The position numbers were made by a program, and so were the translations under genes. From Candidatus Latescibacterota bacterium (lineage in GTDB: Bacteria > Latescibacterota > UBA2968 > UBA8231), in contig CBDCXV010000011.1 of the NCBI GenBank assembly GCA_965223905.1, positions 672,001 through 736,000 on the forward strand: a DNA stretch of 64,000 nt. Direction: 5' to 3'. Each line of letters begins with the position of its first letter. Position 1 is the first letter of the stretch. Shown piece after piece: positions 1-10,440 of the stretch. Below the pieces are notes generated by a model, which was given only the letters and a program-made list of their open reading frames with translations, did not search any database and had not been told where the DNA came from.

Positions 1-275
1 TCTACTGCGCCGCCAAGTTCGCCCTCCGCGGGTTCGCGCAATCGATGCGCGAGGAGACCGCGGCCAGCGGAATCCGCGTCGCCCTCGTCAATCCCGGAAT
101 GGTGCGGACCGCCTTTCACGAAAACCTGGAGTTTCGCCCCGGATCCGAACCGGGCCAGCACCTTTTGCCGGTCGATGTCGCCGCCGCGGTATCACTGGTC
201 CTCGATGCTCGGAAGGGCGCCGCCATCGATGAAATCTACCTCTCCCCGCAAAAGCGGGTCATCGACTTTGGATGA
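1..275 (+). CDS. SDR family oxidoreductase, C-terminal part (5' end outside window)
   Basis: Frame from nt 3 reads YCAAKFALRGFAQSMREE...GIRVALVNPGMVRT: SDR YxxxK catalytic motif and NPG motif. Confidence 0.9.
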   Translation, partial: YCAAKFALRGFAQSMREETAASGIRVALVNPGMVRTAFHENLEFRPGSEPGQHLLPVDVAAAVSLVLDARKGAAIDEIYLSPQKRVIDFG

Positions 276-453
276 CGGGACTAACCGTTCTGTTTCAGTA
301 TTGGTGAAGGAATGCCACTTTACCCGCAATCCAAAGCGCTCTCGGCAGGCTATCGAGCGGCTTTGGGGAGGGCATCGGAAGCATTCCCGGAGGAACGGTC
401 CTCCCGGCCCATGCGCCGACCGGCTGTTGCCTGCACAGCCTGCGGGGTCGCCC

Positions 454-1113
454 TCAGAACCTGAAACCCAAACGGACGAAGGGCGTCGCCGAAGACGGAC
501 CCCCGGCATCGCCATAGAGGGCGCCGGCGTCCATCCGGCGCTCGTGGTAGGAGTTGATGGCCTGTACCTGATCGCGCAGATGGAGAAGGGACCCGAACTT
601 GGCCCACACCCCGATCGGCACCCAACCGGCCGCCCCATCCCTACCGGTCAGAATTCCGGTGGCCACCGCGGCAGCGGAGAAAAGCAACAGCGAGAATCCC
701 TGGCGGGATTCCCCGATGTAGAAGAATCCCCCTCCCGGGATCAGCGTCTCGATCGTCAGGGCCGCCACAAGCGAACGGCGAGGCTGGTACGCCGCGAGGC
801 GGATGGGGATGCGGCGGCTTCCGAGCTCCCGGATCGAGTGGAACTGATCGAGCGAGTAGGTCGCCGGACGCTCGTGCAGGGCGCCGATGACCTCGCGAAC
901 CGAGATTTCCTCCCCTTCGATCGCGACGACCCGAATCGCCCGAACCTTTCCGGACTTGAGAACCACCTCCCCCCAGGATTCGTCTTCGGCGATCTTTTCC
1001 AAGGTCGCCACTATGAAGTCATCGTCGCCGTAGATAGCCTTCGGAAACACTGACAAACCCATGACGAGGACTGCAATTATCATGTTGCAGCACAGCAATT
1101 TCCTTCGGCACAT
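454..1113 (-). CDS. hypothetical exported/membrane protein
   Basis: 219-aa ORF with hydrophobic N-terminal signal-like segment, internal hydrophobic helices and a C-terminal VRLGFRF. Confidence 0.65.
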   Translation of the reverse strand: MCRRKLLCCNMIIAVLVMGLSVFPKAIYGDDDFIVATLEKIAEDESWGEVVLKSGKVRAIRVVAIEGEEISVREVIGALHERPATYSLDQFHSIRELGSRRIPIRLAAYQPRRSLVAALTIETLIPGGGFFYIGESRQGFSLLLFSAAAVATGILTGRDGAAGWVPIGVWAKFGSLLHLRDQVQAINSYHERRMDAGALYGDAGGPSSATPFVRLGFRF

Positions 1114-1287
1114 GTGAGTCTGCCTTTGAGATCGGGGAGGAGCGGTGTTTGCGGGACGGGTAGAGGTCTTTTCCTGTCTGTTTAGATTACCGGTGGCTCC
1201 CCGGAATTGTCAAGGTGGGCGCCGACACAAGCGCCCGCTTGCCGGAACGGAAAGCCCGAAAAAGCCAGGAGAGGATCTTTCTTGACC

Positions 1288-2124
1288 ATGAGACCCGAGC
1301 TGGCGGCCGCCGTAGCCGCGGCCCGTGAAGCAGGCCGGATTCTGCTGTCTCATTTCGGAGCCGCAAAGGAAATTCGCGACAAGGGGAAGGAGTCGGGCGG
1401 CCGGTCTTCCCGGTCTCCGGGAGCCGCCCGCTACGATCCGGTCACGCAGGCGGACCTGGAGGTTGACGCCTGTCTGCGCGAGCGGTTGACCGCTGCCAGT
1501 CCAGGCTGCGGCTGGCTCTCCGAGGAAAGCGTCGATTCCCCCAGCCGCATCGGGAAGCGTCGCCTGTGGATCGTCGACCCGATCGACGGCACCATCGAAT
1601 TCATCGACCGGATCGGAGAGTTCGGCACCTCCATTGCCTTGGTAGAGGATGGGGATCCGGTCGTGGCCGTCGTCTTCAACCCGGTGGCAGGGGAGCTGTT
1701 CAGCGCCGTGCGCGGGGGTGGCTGTTTTCTCAACGGCAAGCGGGTCTTCTGCACCGCGGCGAACCGGCTTGACCGGGCAACCTTGATCGTCAGTCGCAGC
1801 GAAACCGCCCGCGGCGAGATCGATCCGTTGCGCCCCCACTTTGCAAGGGTGCGTCCCGTCGGCAGCGTGGCCTACAAACTCGCCCTCGTTGCCGCGGGGC
1901 TCGGCGACCTCAATGTCAGCCTAAAGCCCAAAAACGAATGGGACGTATGTGCCGGTGACCTGCTCGTGCGCGAGGCCGGGGGCCGCATGCTCGATCTCGA
2001 AGGGCAGGTACGGCGTTATAATCAACTCTGCACGCTGGTCAAGCCCGGACTCGTGGCCGGCAACGAGTCCCTCACCGCGCAAATGCTCGAACTCCTGGCG
2101 CGGTTGCCGGAAGGCGCAGCATGA
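1288..2124 (+). CDS. inositol monophosphatase family protein (CysQ-like 3'(2'),5'-bisphosphate nucleotidase)
   Basis: Motifs DPVTQAD, LSEES, WIVDPIDGT, EWDVCAG; ATG at 1288 chosen after AGGAGAGG. Confidence 0.88.
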   Translation: MRPELAAAVAAAREAGRILLSHFGAAKEIRDKGKESGGRSSRSPGAARYDPVTQADLEVDACLRERLTAASPGCGWLSEESVDSPSRIGKRRLWIVDPIDGTIEFIDRIGEFGTSIALVEDGDPVVAVVFNPVAGELFSAVRGGGCFLNGKRVFCTAANRLDRATLIVSRSETARGEIDPLRPHFARVRPVGSVAYKLALVAAGLGDLNVSLKPKNEWDVCAGDLLVREAGGRMLDLEGQVRRYNQLCTLVKPGLVAGNESLTAQMLELLARLPEGAA

Positions 2125-3842
2125 GAGGCAGCCCCGCAAACGCCGAGATCGTCGATTTCCTCAACCGCCACGGCGCCTTGATGGAACTCAACGGTGACAA
2201 CCCGTTCCGCGTGCGCGCCATGACCAATGCGGCGCGCATGATCGAGGAACTCGGCGTCGATGCCGCAGCCATGGCAGCCGACGGCAGACTGACCGAAATC
2301 GAAGGGATCGGCAAGGGGGTGGAGGAACTGGTTACCGAGTTCGTCCGTACCGGATCGGCGGCTGCCCACGAGGACCTGAAGAGAAAGATCCCCGAAAGCC
2401 TGCTCGAAGTTCTGCGGATTCCGGGGCTCGGAACCAGGAAGGTCAGGGCACTCTACGACGGCGCCGGAATCGAATCTGTCGAGGAACTCGAAAAGGCCTG
2501 CCGGGACGGCCGCCTGGACCGGCTCGGCGGTTTTGGGGCAAAGACTCGGGAGAACATTCTCGCCTCGATCGACCGCCTGCGGGAGTTTGGAAAAAGCTGG
2601 CTGCTACACGAGGCCGCAGCCCAGGCCGGGGAGTTGTGCGAGGCCTTGCGCGCCCTGCCGGCGACGAAGAGGGCCGGCATTGCCGGCAGCCTGCGGCGCT
2701 GCAGGGAGACCGTCAAGGATATCGACATCGTCGCCGGCAGCGACGACCCGGCCGCGGTCTCGGCTGCGTTTGCCGGCCATCACACGGTGCGCGAAGTGAT
2801 CGCCAGGGGGGACACAAAGACCTCGGTGCGCTTGCACAGCGGCATCCAGGCCGACTTGCGGATCGTAGCGGACGCCCGGTTCCCCGCCCTTCTCCATCAC
2901 TTCACCGGCAGCAAGGACCACAACGTCGCCATGCGGTCGCGGGCCCTCGGCCGGGGCATGCGCCTGAACGAGTACGGGCTCTTCACCGGATCCGGAGAGG
3001 CCGTACCCTGTGCGGGCGAGGCCGATCTCTTCGCCGCCCTCGGGCTGAGCTACATCCCTCCGGAGCTGCGCGAGGGCCTCGGCGAGGTCGAGGCCGCCGC
3101 CGAAGGAACGCTTCCCGACCTCATCCTGCCCGGGGACATTCGCGGCATGCTGCACGTGCACACCTCGTACAGCGACGGTAGGGACAGCGTCCCCGAGATG
3201 GCCGCGGCGGTCCGCGGGCGCGGTTATTCCTATCTCGGCATCTGCGACCACAGCCAATCCGCGGGGTACGTGTTCGGACTAAAGCCGGAGGAGGTGGCCG
3301 AACAGCACCGGGAGATCGATGCCTTGAACGAGACCTGGAAAAACTTCCGGGTTTTCAAGGGTATCGAATGCGACATCCGGCGGGACGGCAGTCTCGATTA
3401 CGATGACGAGCTGCTCGCGGGGTTCGATTTCGTCGTCGCCGCCGTCCACAACGGGATGAACATGGACGAGACCAGGCAGACGGAGCGGGTTATCCGCGCC
3501 ATCGAGCACCCCCGCACCCGCATCCTCGCCCATCCCGAGGGCAGGATCCTCAATCAGCGACGGGGCTGGGAGATCGATATGGACGCGGTCATCGAAGCCG
3601 CCGCGGGCAACGGCGTAGCCCTCGAGCTGAACGCGCAGCCGAACCGGCTCGATCTCGACTGGCGCTGGATCAGGAAGGCCCGGGACCGGGGCGTCCGGAT
3701 CGCCATCAACACCGACGCCCACCGGATCGGCCATCTCGATTTCATCGGGCTGGGGGTGAGCCTGGGCCGCAAGGGCTGGCTCGAAGCGGCCGACGTGATC
3801 AATACGCTCGAAACCGGTGCCATCGCCGACCTCTTGGGTTGA
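2121..3842 (+). CDS. polX: DNA polymerase X family / PHP domain protein
   Basis: NPFRVRA, HhH IPGLG, AGSLRR..ETVKDID, HFTGSKDHN; PHP motifs LHVHTSYSDG, CDHS, INTDAH. Confidence 0.95.
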   Translation: MRGSPANAEIVDFLNRHGALMELNGDNPFRVRAMTNAARMIEELGVDAAAMAADGRLTEIEGIGKGVEELVTEFVRTGSAAAHEDLKRKIPESLLEVLRIPGLGTRKVRALYDGAGIESVEELEKACRDGRLDRLGGFGAKTRENILASIDRLREFGKSWLLHEAAAQAGELCEALRALPATKRAGIAGSLRRCRETVKDIDIVAGSDDPAAVSAAFAGHHTVREVIARGDTKTSVRLHSGIQADLRIVADARFPALLHHFTGSKDHNVAMRSRALGRGMRLNEYGLFTGSGEAVPCAGEADLFAALGLSYIPPELREGLGEVEAAAEGTLPDLILPGDIRGMLHVHTSYSDGRDSVPEMAAAVRGRGYSYLGICDHSQSAGYVFGLKPEEVAEQHREIDALNETWKNFRVFKGIECDIRRDGSLDYDDELLAGFDFVVAAVHNGMNMDETRQTERVIRAIEHPRTRILAHPEGRILNQRRGWEIDMDAVIEAAAGNGVALELNAQPNRLDLDWRWIRKARDRGVRIAINTDAHRIGHLDFIGLGVSLGRKGWLEAADVINTLETGAIADLLG

Positions 3843-3854
3843 GGCCGGCCAGGC

Positions 3855-3923
3855 TGCGTGGAACAGGGTGTGCCGCTGATCTCTTTCAAGAAGGGTCAGC
3901 GCAAGGAGGACGTCGCCAAGCAG
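3855..3923 (+). mobile_element. internal remnant of a transposase-like gene (same family as 32889-32971)
   Basis: Translates CVEQGVPLISFKKGQRKEDVAKQ, resembling the 'VPLIxFxKGQRKDD' segment of a widespread IS-associated protein family (recognised from memory). Confidence 0.5.
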
Positions 3924-3928
3924 CCCGG

Positions 3929-4870
3929 TCACGGCTGGCGCGGGAGGTCGTCGGCTCGCCGGCCCGCGGTTTCGGCCTCCCCCAGGACCCATTTGCGGAA
4001 AGTCCGCACCTCGGGGCGCTGCCGGGCCGGCGCGGTGGTGATCAGGCAGCAGCGTTCAACCGCCTCGGCCTGGCGCTGGAAGACGGGGACCAGGGTTCTG
4101 CATTCCAGCTCCTGCGCGATCAGCCTCGAGCGTCCGATGGCGGCCCCGAGCCCGGCCACTGCGGCCTGGACCAGCATGCTGTAGAGGCGGAAGCCCGAGG
4201 CCCGCCACAGGTCGGGAGTGGACTGGCCCTGGCGGGCGAACCAGTACGACCAGTCGGCGTCCCATCCCAGGTCGTAGAGCAGGGGCCAGTGGTGCAGGCA
4301 GGCCGGTCGGCGGGGCCGTCCGCGCGCCGCGAGCAAGGCCGGGCTGCAGACCGGCAGCTGCTGCTCCTCGTAGAGCGTCTCCTCCAACAAGATGTCCTCA
4401 CGCCGCGTCAGCGGGCGCGGGGCCGCGGTCTCGCCAGTGTAGGCGAACCAGGCGTCGAAGTCGCGGCGGTCCGGATCGACGCCTCGGTGGTTGGTCTCGA
4501 CCTCGATGGCGATGCCGGGGTGGGCGGCCTTGAAGGTGGCCAGCCGCGGCACCAGCCACTTCTCGGCGACCGCCTCGACCGAGACGATGCGCACGCGGCG
4601 GGGCCAGCGGCGCTGCCGTTCGGAGACGCCGTGGAGATCGCCGAGGATGCGCTGCACCTCCTTCAGGTAGGCCTAGCCGCGGCGGTTGAGGCGCACGCCC
4701 CGATGGCGGCGGTCGAACAGGGGGACCTCGAGATGCTTCTCCAGCCTGCGGACGCGGTGGGCGACGGCGGGCGGGGTGACCCCGAGTTCGGCCCCGGCGC
4801 GGGCGAAGCTCTGGTGGCGGGCGGTGGCCTCGAAGAAGCGCAGGCTGTCGAGTGGGGGCAGGAGCAGCAC
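3929..4870 (-). pseudogene. LysR-family (GcvA-like) transcriptional regulator with in-frame TAG
   Basis: LPPLDSLRFFEATARHQSFARAGAELGVTPPAVAHRVRRLE HTH; TAG at 4673-4675, then same frame continues into the substrate-binding domain (WLVPRLATFKAAHPGI...QAAVAGLGAAI). Confidence 0.85.
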
Positions 4871-5364
4871 GGCAGAGAAACCTCTGGAAGGGCTTGGACA
4901 AATGGCTGCTATGGGATCGCCCATTTTCGCGTGGGCGGCAGCCGGTATGCTAGCGGGAAACCGCGGCAGGAGGGGCAAGTCCCCGGGCCGCGGTTAGCAT
5001 CTTATGGGCAAATATAATATGTGCAAAGGCATAAATTTTAGGGATAATGGAAACAGGCCATGGACATAAAAAATATAGTGCAAATAAACCTTTCCTTTTT
5101 AGGAAAATCATGTACTCTCAAACATTTGGTGTAACCGTTCAGTCCCCTGGCTAATGAGCCCCAGGAGAGGAATGGTCGCAGGTTGGTATTAGCGAACGGC
5201 GGAGTGGGTTGGAGGCAGCAGCGAGGGCGCCGGCTGCTGGCGCACGGCGGCGTGACAGGCCATCCTGAGATAATCGAGGACGTTGCGCTGCTGCTGGCGC
5301 AGGGTATCGCGCACCGTGAGCAGGCGCTCTACGAAGCGGCTGCCTTCGGCACTGTGGGTGCCGA

Positions 5365-5422
5365 TTGGGGGTAAAAAAGCACTCCGTTATGGATTCCAGT
5401 ATCCGTGCTTTTTTACCCCCAA
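5365..5422. repeat. 58-bp palindromic insertion with perfect 18-bp arms
   Basis: TTGGGGGTAAAAAAGCAC-N22-GTGCTTTTTTACCCCCAA; absent from the equivalent position of the intact IS66 copy (~5780). Confidence 0.85.
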
Positions 5423-5546
5423 AAGCTGGTGTGACGCCACAACATCCCATGACGAAGGGCTCGTTCGGGGTCGTTGTTGGTCGGCTCGACGCCTTCTCTG
5501 CGCACGAAGGTCCACAGGGCCGGCCCGAGGTCGAGGAGGTTGGCGC

Positions 5547-7170
5547 GTAACCGTTCAGTTCCCCTGGCAGGTTGGGGCGGGGGCGGAATGGTAGCAGGTT
5601 GACTATTAACGAATGGGGGAGTGGGTTGAAGGCAGCAGCGAGGGCGCCGGCTGCTTAGACACGGCGGCGTCACAGGCCATCCTGAGATAGTCGAGGACGT
5701 TGCGCTGCTGCTGGCGCAGGGTATCGCGCACCGTGAGCAGGCGCTCTACGAAACGGCTGCCTTCGGCACTGTGGGTGCCGAAGCTGGTGTGACGCCACAA
5801 CACGCCATGGCGAAGGGCTCGTTCGGCGTCGTTGTTGGTCGGCTCGACGCCGGGCCGGCGTGCGAAGGTCCACAGGGCCGGCCCGAGGTCGAGGAGATTG
5901 GCGCAGGTGGCCGCCGTCTTGGCGTCGGCGAACTGCTGCCCATAGCACAAATGAAACCGAAAGCGCAGACACAAATCGTCGATATAGTCCTGGAAGCGGG
6001 CGCGGGACAGGGTACCGTCGCGGACTTGATGCCACCAGGTAAACAGCTGCTCGCTGCGGTCCAACAGGTGTTGACCGACGCGCTCGGCCTCTCCGCCCCG
6101 GGCCACGAACTCCTCGAAGGCGCGCCGCAGGTGAGCCCAGCAGACTTGCCGGCGTCGCAGCGGCAGATGCGCGTAGGCCGAATAGCGATCGCAGCCGACC
6201 ACCGCCCGGTTATCCGCACCCAGCATCTCATCGACCCCGTCGCGGTTACGTCTTTTGCGGATGGAGAACACGGTGACGCCGTCCGTCACCGCGGTCCACA
6301 ACCAGGCCTTGGCGCGGCGCTGGCGCCAGCCGGTCTCGTCGACGTTGACGATGCCCTGTCGGCGAACGAAGGCGCGCGCCTCCTCGACCGCACCCGCCAG
6401 GGCCGTGGCCACTTCCTGTTCCAGCCGGCTGACGGTACCCAGCGACACCTCCAGGCCGAAGGCGTCGGACAACAGCGCCCGGATGTTGCGCTTGCTCAGC
6501 CGGTAGGCCCCGGCCAACAGGCCGACCCAGGCTTGCACGCTGGGACCGAAGGTGTGCCGCGATACGCCCTCGGGCCAACCGGCTTCGGTCAGGCGGTCGC
6601 AGTGACCGCAGCGCAGGGTGTGCAACTGATACTCGATGACCTCGGCCCGCACCGGCGGGATGACGACTGCCTGGTGACGCTGCGGATGGGGATCGTCTCC
6701 CGTCAACAGGTGCCCGCATCCGTGGCACGTACTCGGCTTGACCGGGATCAGTTCGTCCACCTGCTCCACCGATACCCACGAGCGGCCGTGTCCTTCGTGC
6801 CCGGGCTGTCCGCCCGGCGAGCGCCCCGAGGATCGGCGTCGGGAGGCGTCGGTGCGAGGCGAGGAGGAAGCGCCCGATTCCGACGAGGCGGCCCGGGCAC
6901 CGCGGCGGGACCGCCCCTTGCGGCGGGCCAATTCCCGCTCCAGCTCGGCGATCCGCGCCGTCTGTTGTTCCACGATTTGCTCGAGCTGGACAATGCGCTG
7001 ACGCAAGTCGCCTTCGGAAATCGCACTCTCAGGGGGTCTCTTCATGGGGTCGCCGTATCCAGGGAAATCTGCAACACACAACCGATTCCCGAAGATACCG
7101 ACGAACCCCAAAACCCGCGTAGGTATTTCTTTATATGCTCAAACTACTGCAGGGGGGACTGAACGGTTAC
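5547..7170 (-). mobile_element. complete single-ORF IS66-family element (ISBst12-like), 1624 bp
   Basis: IRs GTAACCGTTCAG (5547) / CTGAACGGTTAC (ends 7170); 8-bp TSD GTTGGCGC at 5539-5546 and 7171-7178. Confidence 0.95.
5606..7045 (-). CDS. IS66 family transposase
   Basis: Coiled coil, PGGQPGH, CxxC zinc finger, VDETGW, CDRYSAY, QVCWAHL, EPTNNDAERALR. Confidence 0.95.
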   Translation of the reverse strand: MKRPPESAISEGDLRQRIVQLEQIVEQQTARIAELERELARRKGRSRRGARAASSESGASSSPRTDASRRRSSGRSPGGQPGHEGHGRSWVSVEQVDELIPVKPSTCHGCGHLLTGDDPHPQRHQAVVIPPVRAEVIEYQLHTLRCGHCDRLTEAGWPEGVSRHTFGPSVQAWVGLLAGAYRLSKRNIRALLSDAFGLEVSLGTVSRLEQEVATALAGAVEEARAFVRRQGIVNVDETGWRQRRAKAWLWTAVTDGVTVFSIRKRRNRDGVDEMLGADNRAVVGCDRYSAYAHLPLRRRQVCWAHLRRAFEEFVARGGEAERVGQHLLDRSEQLFTWWHQVRDGTLSRARFQDYIDDLCLRFRFHLCYGQQFADAKTAATCANLLDLGPALWTFARRPGVEPTNNDAERALRHGVLWRHTSFGTHSAEGSRFVERLLTVRDTLRQQQRNVLDYLRMACDAAVSKQPAPSLLPSTHSPIR

Positions 7171-7516
7171 GTTGGCGCAGGTGGCCGCGGTCTTGGCGTC
7201 GGCAAACTGCTGACCATACCCCAGGTAATTATGAAACCGCCCACGCACGTCGCTGCCGTAGACCTGGAAGCTGGACCGTTGCAGGGTGCCGTCGCGGACC
7301 CGGTGCCACCAGGTAAACAATTGCTCGCTGACATCCAACAGCCGTTGGCCGACCCAGGCGGCCTCTTCGTCCCGGGTCACGAACTCCTCGAAGGTGCGCC
7401 GAAGATGAGCCCAGCACACTTGCCGGCGTCGCGGCGACAGATGTCCTTAGGCCGAATTTCAACTCCTGGTTCGATGTCTGGAGACGGACCTACCTCAAAA
7501 AGGAGGGTCTTCCTGA

Positions 7517-7795
7517 ATGCAAAACCTTTTTCTGTTGCTGGTCCTTATTTTGGCTGGCTCTGTCAGTCCGGGGGGATCCATATGCTGTCCCTTTCCCCTC
7601 CCTAACGGGCTTGAAGTGGGTGATCGTTGGACCTATTGGTGGAACTATCCGCATGGGCAGGACAGTTTAATCACCGTCGTTGGCAGCCACGAATTGGGGG
7701 AGCAGATTTATTTCTAATTGAATGACGGGGGCTTATACCGGGTAGATGAAGAGCATCGGACCTGGAAATACGATCCCATTTTGGAAAGCGAGGCG
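7517..7795 (+). pseudogene. divergent partner-protein (A-like) gene fragment fused to protease fragment
   Basis: Signal peptide plus LEVGDRWTY (cf. LAVGNSWTY); in-frame TAA at 7715-7717; runs directly into mid-protease sequence VHLIDRG at ~7795. Confidence 0.55.
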
Positions 7796-8941
7796 GTGCA
7801 CCTGATCGACCGAGGCCGTCACCGTCACCAGTATCTGCTGGAACGGCGTGCTCACGACGGAAGCGATGGGATCTCATTCGGCCGCTACCTCCTTTATCAT
7901 GAGTGCGACGAAGATCCGGGCCTTTTTATCTGGAGGCGCAGTACTACATATCCTGCAACTTGGCCCACACACCGCATCAGGGACGCCCAGGAACGTCGGC
8001 AACCGCTGCTGATCGTGGCCGACGATCGGCGCATCCGGGACGCGCGCGATAGCATGCCGAAGCGGAATATAGATATATACCAGGATATGCTCTTCGATCC
8101 GTTTCCGGTGGTGGGAACCACCACTTTTGTGATTGGGAGCACCACTTTTTCCCAGGGGCCGGTCGATGCGGTTTATTCCGACAGGGCCGACATCGGTCTG
8201 CGCCAGACCACTTCTAGCGGGAACTTTGATGGCGAGCAGGTGGACCCAGGGGAAGTCGGCTTGGCGATCACCAACATCACCCGCACCGAGGTCACGGGCA
8301 GGGCGGATCGGATCAGAGTGGACGTCATCTTTCTTCCCAGGGCTCCGGCCAACTTCACCGTGGAGGGGGGCGACGGGGCGGCCACCCTGCGCTTGGACGA
8401 TCCGGACGACTTCAGCCTCGATAGATGGGAGTATCAACAACAAGGCGGGAGCGACTGGGTGGAGATTCCCGTCGACGACGACCAATTGACCCGTGACGAG
8501 GCGACGGGGACCCTCTCGTATCCGGTGATGGGCCTGACCCACGGGGAGATGTACAGCTTCTAGGTGCGGGCGCACAACGCCGCGGGGTGGGGGCCGGCCG
8601 CGGGGCCGGTCGAGGTGACGCTCAACACGGCGCCGGAGGTCCTGGGTGACCGGAGTCCCTCGTTCGATGAGAACAGCGAGCAGCCGGTGGCCACGTACAC
8701 GGCCACCGACGCGGAAGGCGACGCGATCACGTGGTCCCTGACGGGGGCAGATTCCGCGGCGTTCGATCTCCCCGCCGACGCTACAGGCAATTCGTTTGAC
8801 CTTACGTTCGGGACGGCGCCGAACTACGAAAATCCGACCGATGCCAACCTGGACACGGTCTACGAGGTCACGGTGGTGGCCACCGACGACGGTATGCCGC
8901 CGCTGCCTGCGAACTATAGTAACAGGACCAGGTGCGCATGA
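7796..8941 (+). pseudogene. protease copy B0: 3' part of head + FN3 + cadherin-like; internal TAG
   Basis: Collinear with B2-B4 from VHLIDRG; GAG>TAG at 8561-8563; homology ends at DDGMPPLPA. Confidence 0.85.
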
Positions 8942-9010
8942 ATCACATCGGGCACCTGCGGTTTACAAATATTTCGTTAACGCGAACGATGGAAGAGAGG
9001 ATAAAGCATC

Positions 9011-9820
9011 ATGGAAACGAAGAAGATGATGATCAGCCTGACCCTGGCCGCCCTGCTCGGGCTGGGCGGGGCGCTGCCGGCCGCAGGCACCGACTATGCG
9101 GTTTCGGACTACCTGCCCCTGGCCGTGGGCAACTCCTGGACCTACGAACATTCTGTCGTTGGGAATCCACCTTACGATGACGATGAAAGGGACTTATGGG
9201 ACAGGACTCAATGGTCTACGTACACGGCACAATACCCTTCGATTCCCCAATTCACGATCACGGTGGAGCGCACCGAGGTGATCGACGGTAAGACCTATTT
9301 CGTGATCAGCGGCATGCCCGCCAACTGGCCGCCGGCGCCGCCGCATTTCATCGCCGGCAAGAAGCTGCGCTGGGAGGGCACCCACCTTATGGAACGCACC
9401 TCGGATGGAGAGCATGCGATCTTTCGCTTCGACGGCACTACCTCGACGATGGTCCCTTGGGAAGGAATGGATCTGTACGAGACGGAATACGCGATCCCGA
9501 CGGTAGAGGGGGACAATCAAGTCAAGGTGGTGGCGGGATGGGAACCGGTGCCATGGTATTCGTTCACGTTCTGGGGAAACGATGAAGGAGGGCGTGGGTG
9601 CGGCTTTCTTTGGGGGTATGGTTCCGGCGGATGCGGTTGGAGGATTAGCGGATCCGATGTTGCCATAGTATCCCAAAACCGTGTGGCTCCCCTTCGGGGG
9701 GTAATCGGCGGCAACCGGGTGGAATTTTCCGATGCGTTGATCCCCACCTCTTCGTCGTCCTCTTCCTGGGGCAGAATCAAGAATACGTTTTTCGCCCATG
9801 ACGGGAGGACCAGCCCATGA
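9011..9820 (+). CDS. secreted partner protein A1 (YLPLAVGNSWTY family, SWGxIK tail)
   Basis: Signal peptide, conserved blocks shared with A2-A4, tail PTSSSSSSWGRIKNTF; stop overlaps B1 start (ATGA). Confidence 0.85.
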   Translation: METKKMMISLTLAALLGLGGALPAAGTDYAVSDYLPLAVGNSWTYEHSVVGNPPYDDDERDLWDRTQWSTYTAQYPSIPQFTITVERTEVIDGKTYFVISGMPANWPPAPPHFIAGKKLRWEGTHLMERTSDGEHAIFRFDGTTSTMVPWEGMDLYETEYAIPTVEGDNQVKVVAGWEPVPWYSFTFWGNDEGGRGCGFLWGYGSGGCGWRISGSDVAIVSQNRVAPLRGVIGGNRVEFSDALIPTSSSSSSWGRIKNTFFAHDGRTSP

Positions 9821-10368
9821 GTCGCCCTTTCTTGTTCATCGCCCTCCTGCCGTTCCTCGGGGCGCACTCGGTCCTGGCCACTGGGTCCCCAGACACCTGG
9901 GATCGATCAATGACTCTGGACGTGGTCCTGGTCACATTTCAAGATGCGACCACGGCCAACCCCATGACCCCTATGTCCTGCGTGAGCAATAACACGCCTC
10001 AGGTATGTGATTATCATAACCATGACCTTCCCTACGGGTACAACGCGAATAGGGAGCCGTCGAGCTCAAGTTACCTGCTGCGGGACTTCGAGCGGCTTTT
10101 CAGTGGTGGCTACGGTACCCTGCCGGATTTTGTCGGGACCAGTCAGACGGTCGCCGATGACAACCATACGCTGCCGGAGGTGTTCGGCAGTGTGCGGGCC
10201 TACTTCGATTCCGTATCCAACGGGATGCTCGAACTGAACGTGCGCATGATCAATCCTGCTGATTCGCAGGGCAATCCCCGCTGGATCGAGCTGCCGCGCA
10301 CCAAAGCCGAATACGCCCGGATTACCATAAATAATCGAACAAGGCGGCCTGATGACGGGTACGCATGA
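9817..10368 (+). pseudogene. protease copy B1, truncated before the zinc site
   Basis: 183 aa matching the N-terminus of B2-B4 (TLDVVLVTFQD, FGSVRAYFDSVSNG); ends at the GCATGAATCAC junction. Confidence 0.85.
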
Positions 10369-10440
10369 ATCACACCAAGAGCGGACAGTTATCTCCTTTA
10401 AGGACAGTAATCAAAAATTAAAAGGACGGAGGAAAGCATC

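Larger units (their letters stand above)
5131..7457 (-). mobile_element. degenerate IS66-family element (outer copy), interrupted and 5'-truncated
   Basis: Terminal IR GTAACCGTTCAGTCCCC at 5131; transposase fragments at ~5190-5546 and 7171-7457 highly similar to the inner copy. Confidence 0.85.

Noticed and set aside
4673-8563. TAG recoding (in-frame TAGs in LysR and B0)
   Set aside because: TAG is a normal stop elsewhere (e.g. ssb, RNB gene); both genes lie in a decaying region, and paralogs of B0 show GAG at that codon
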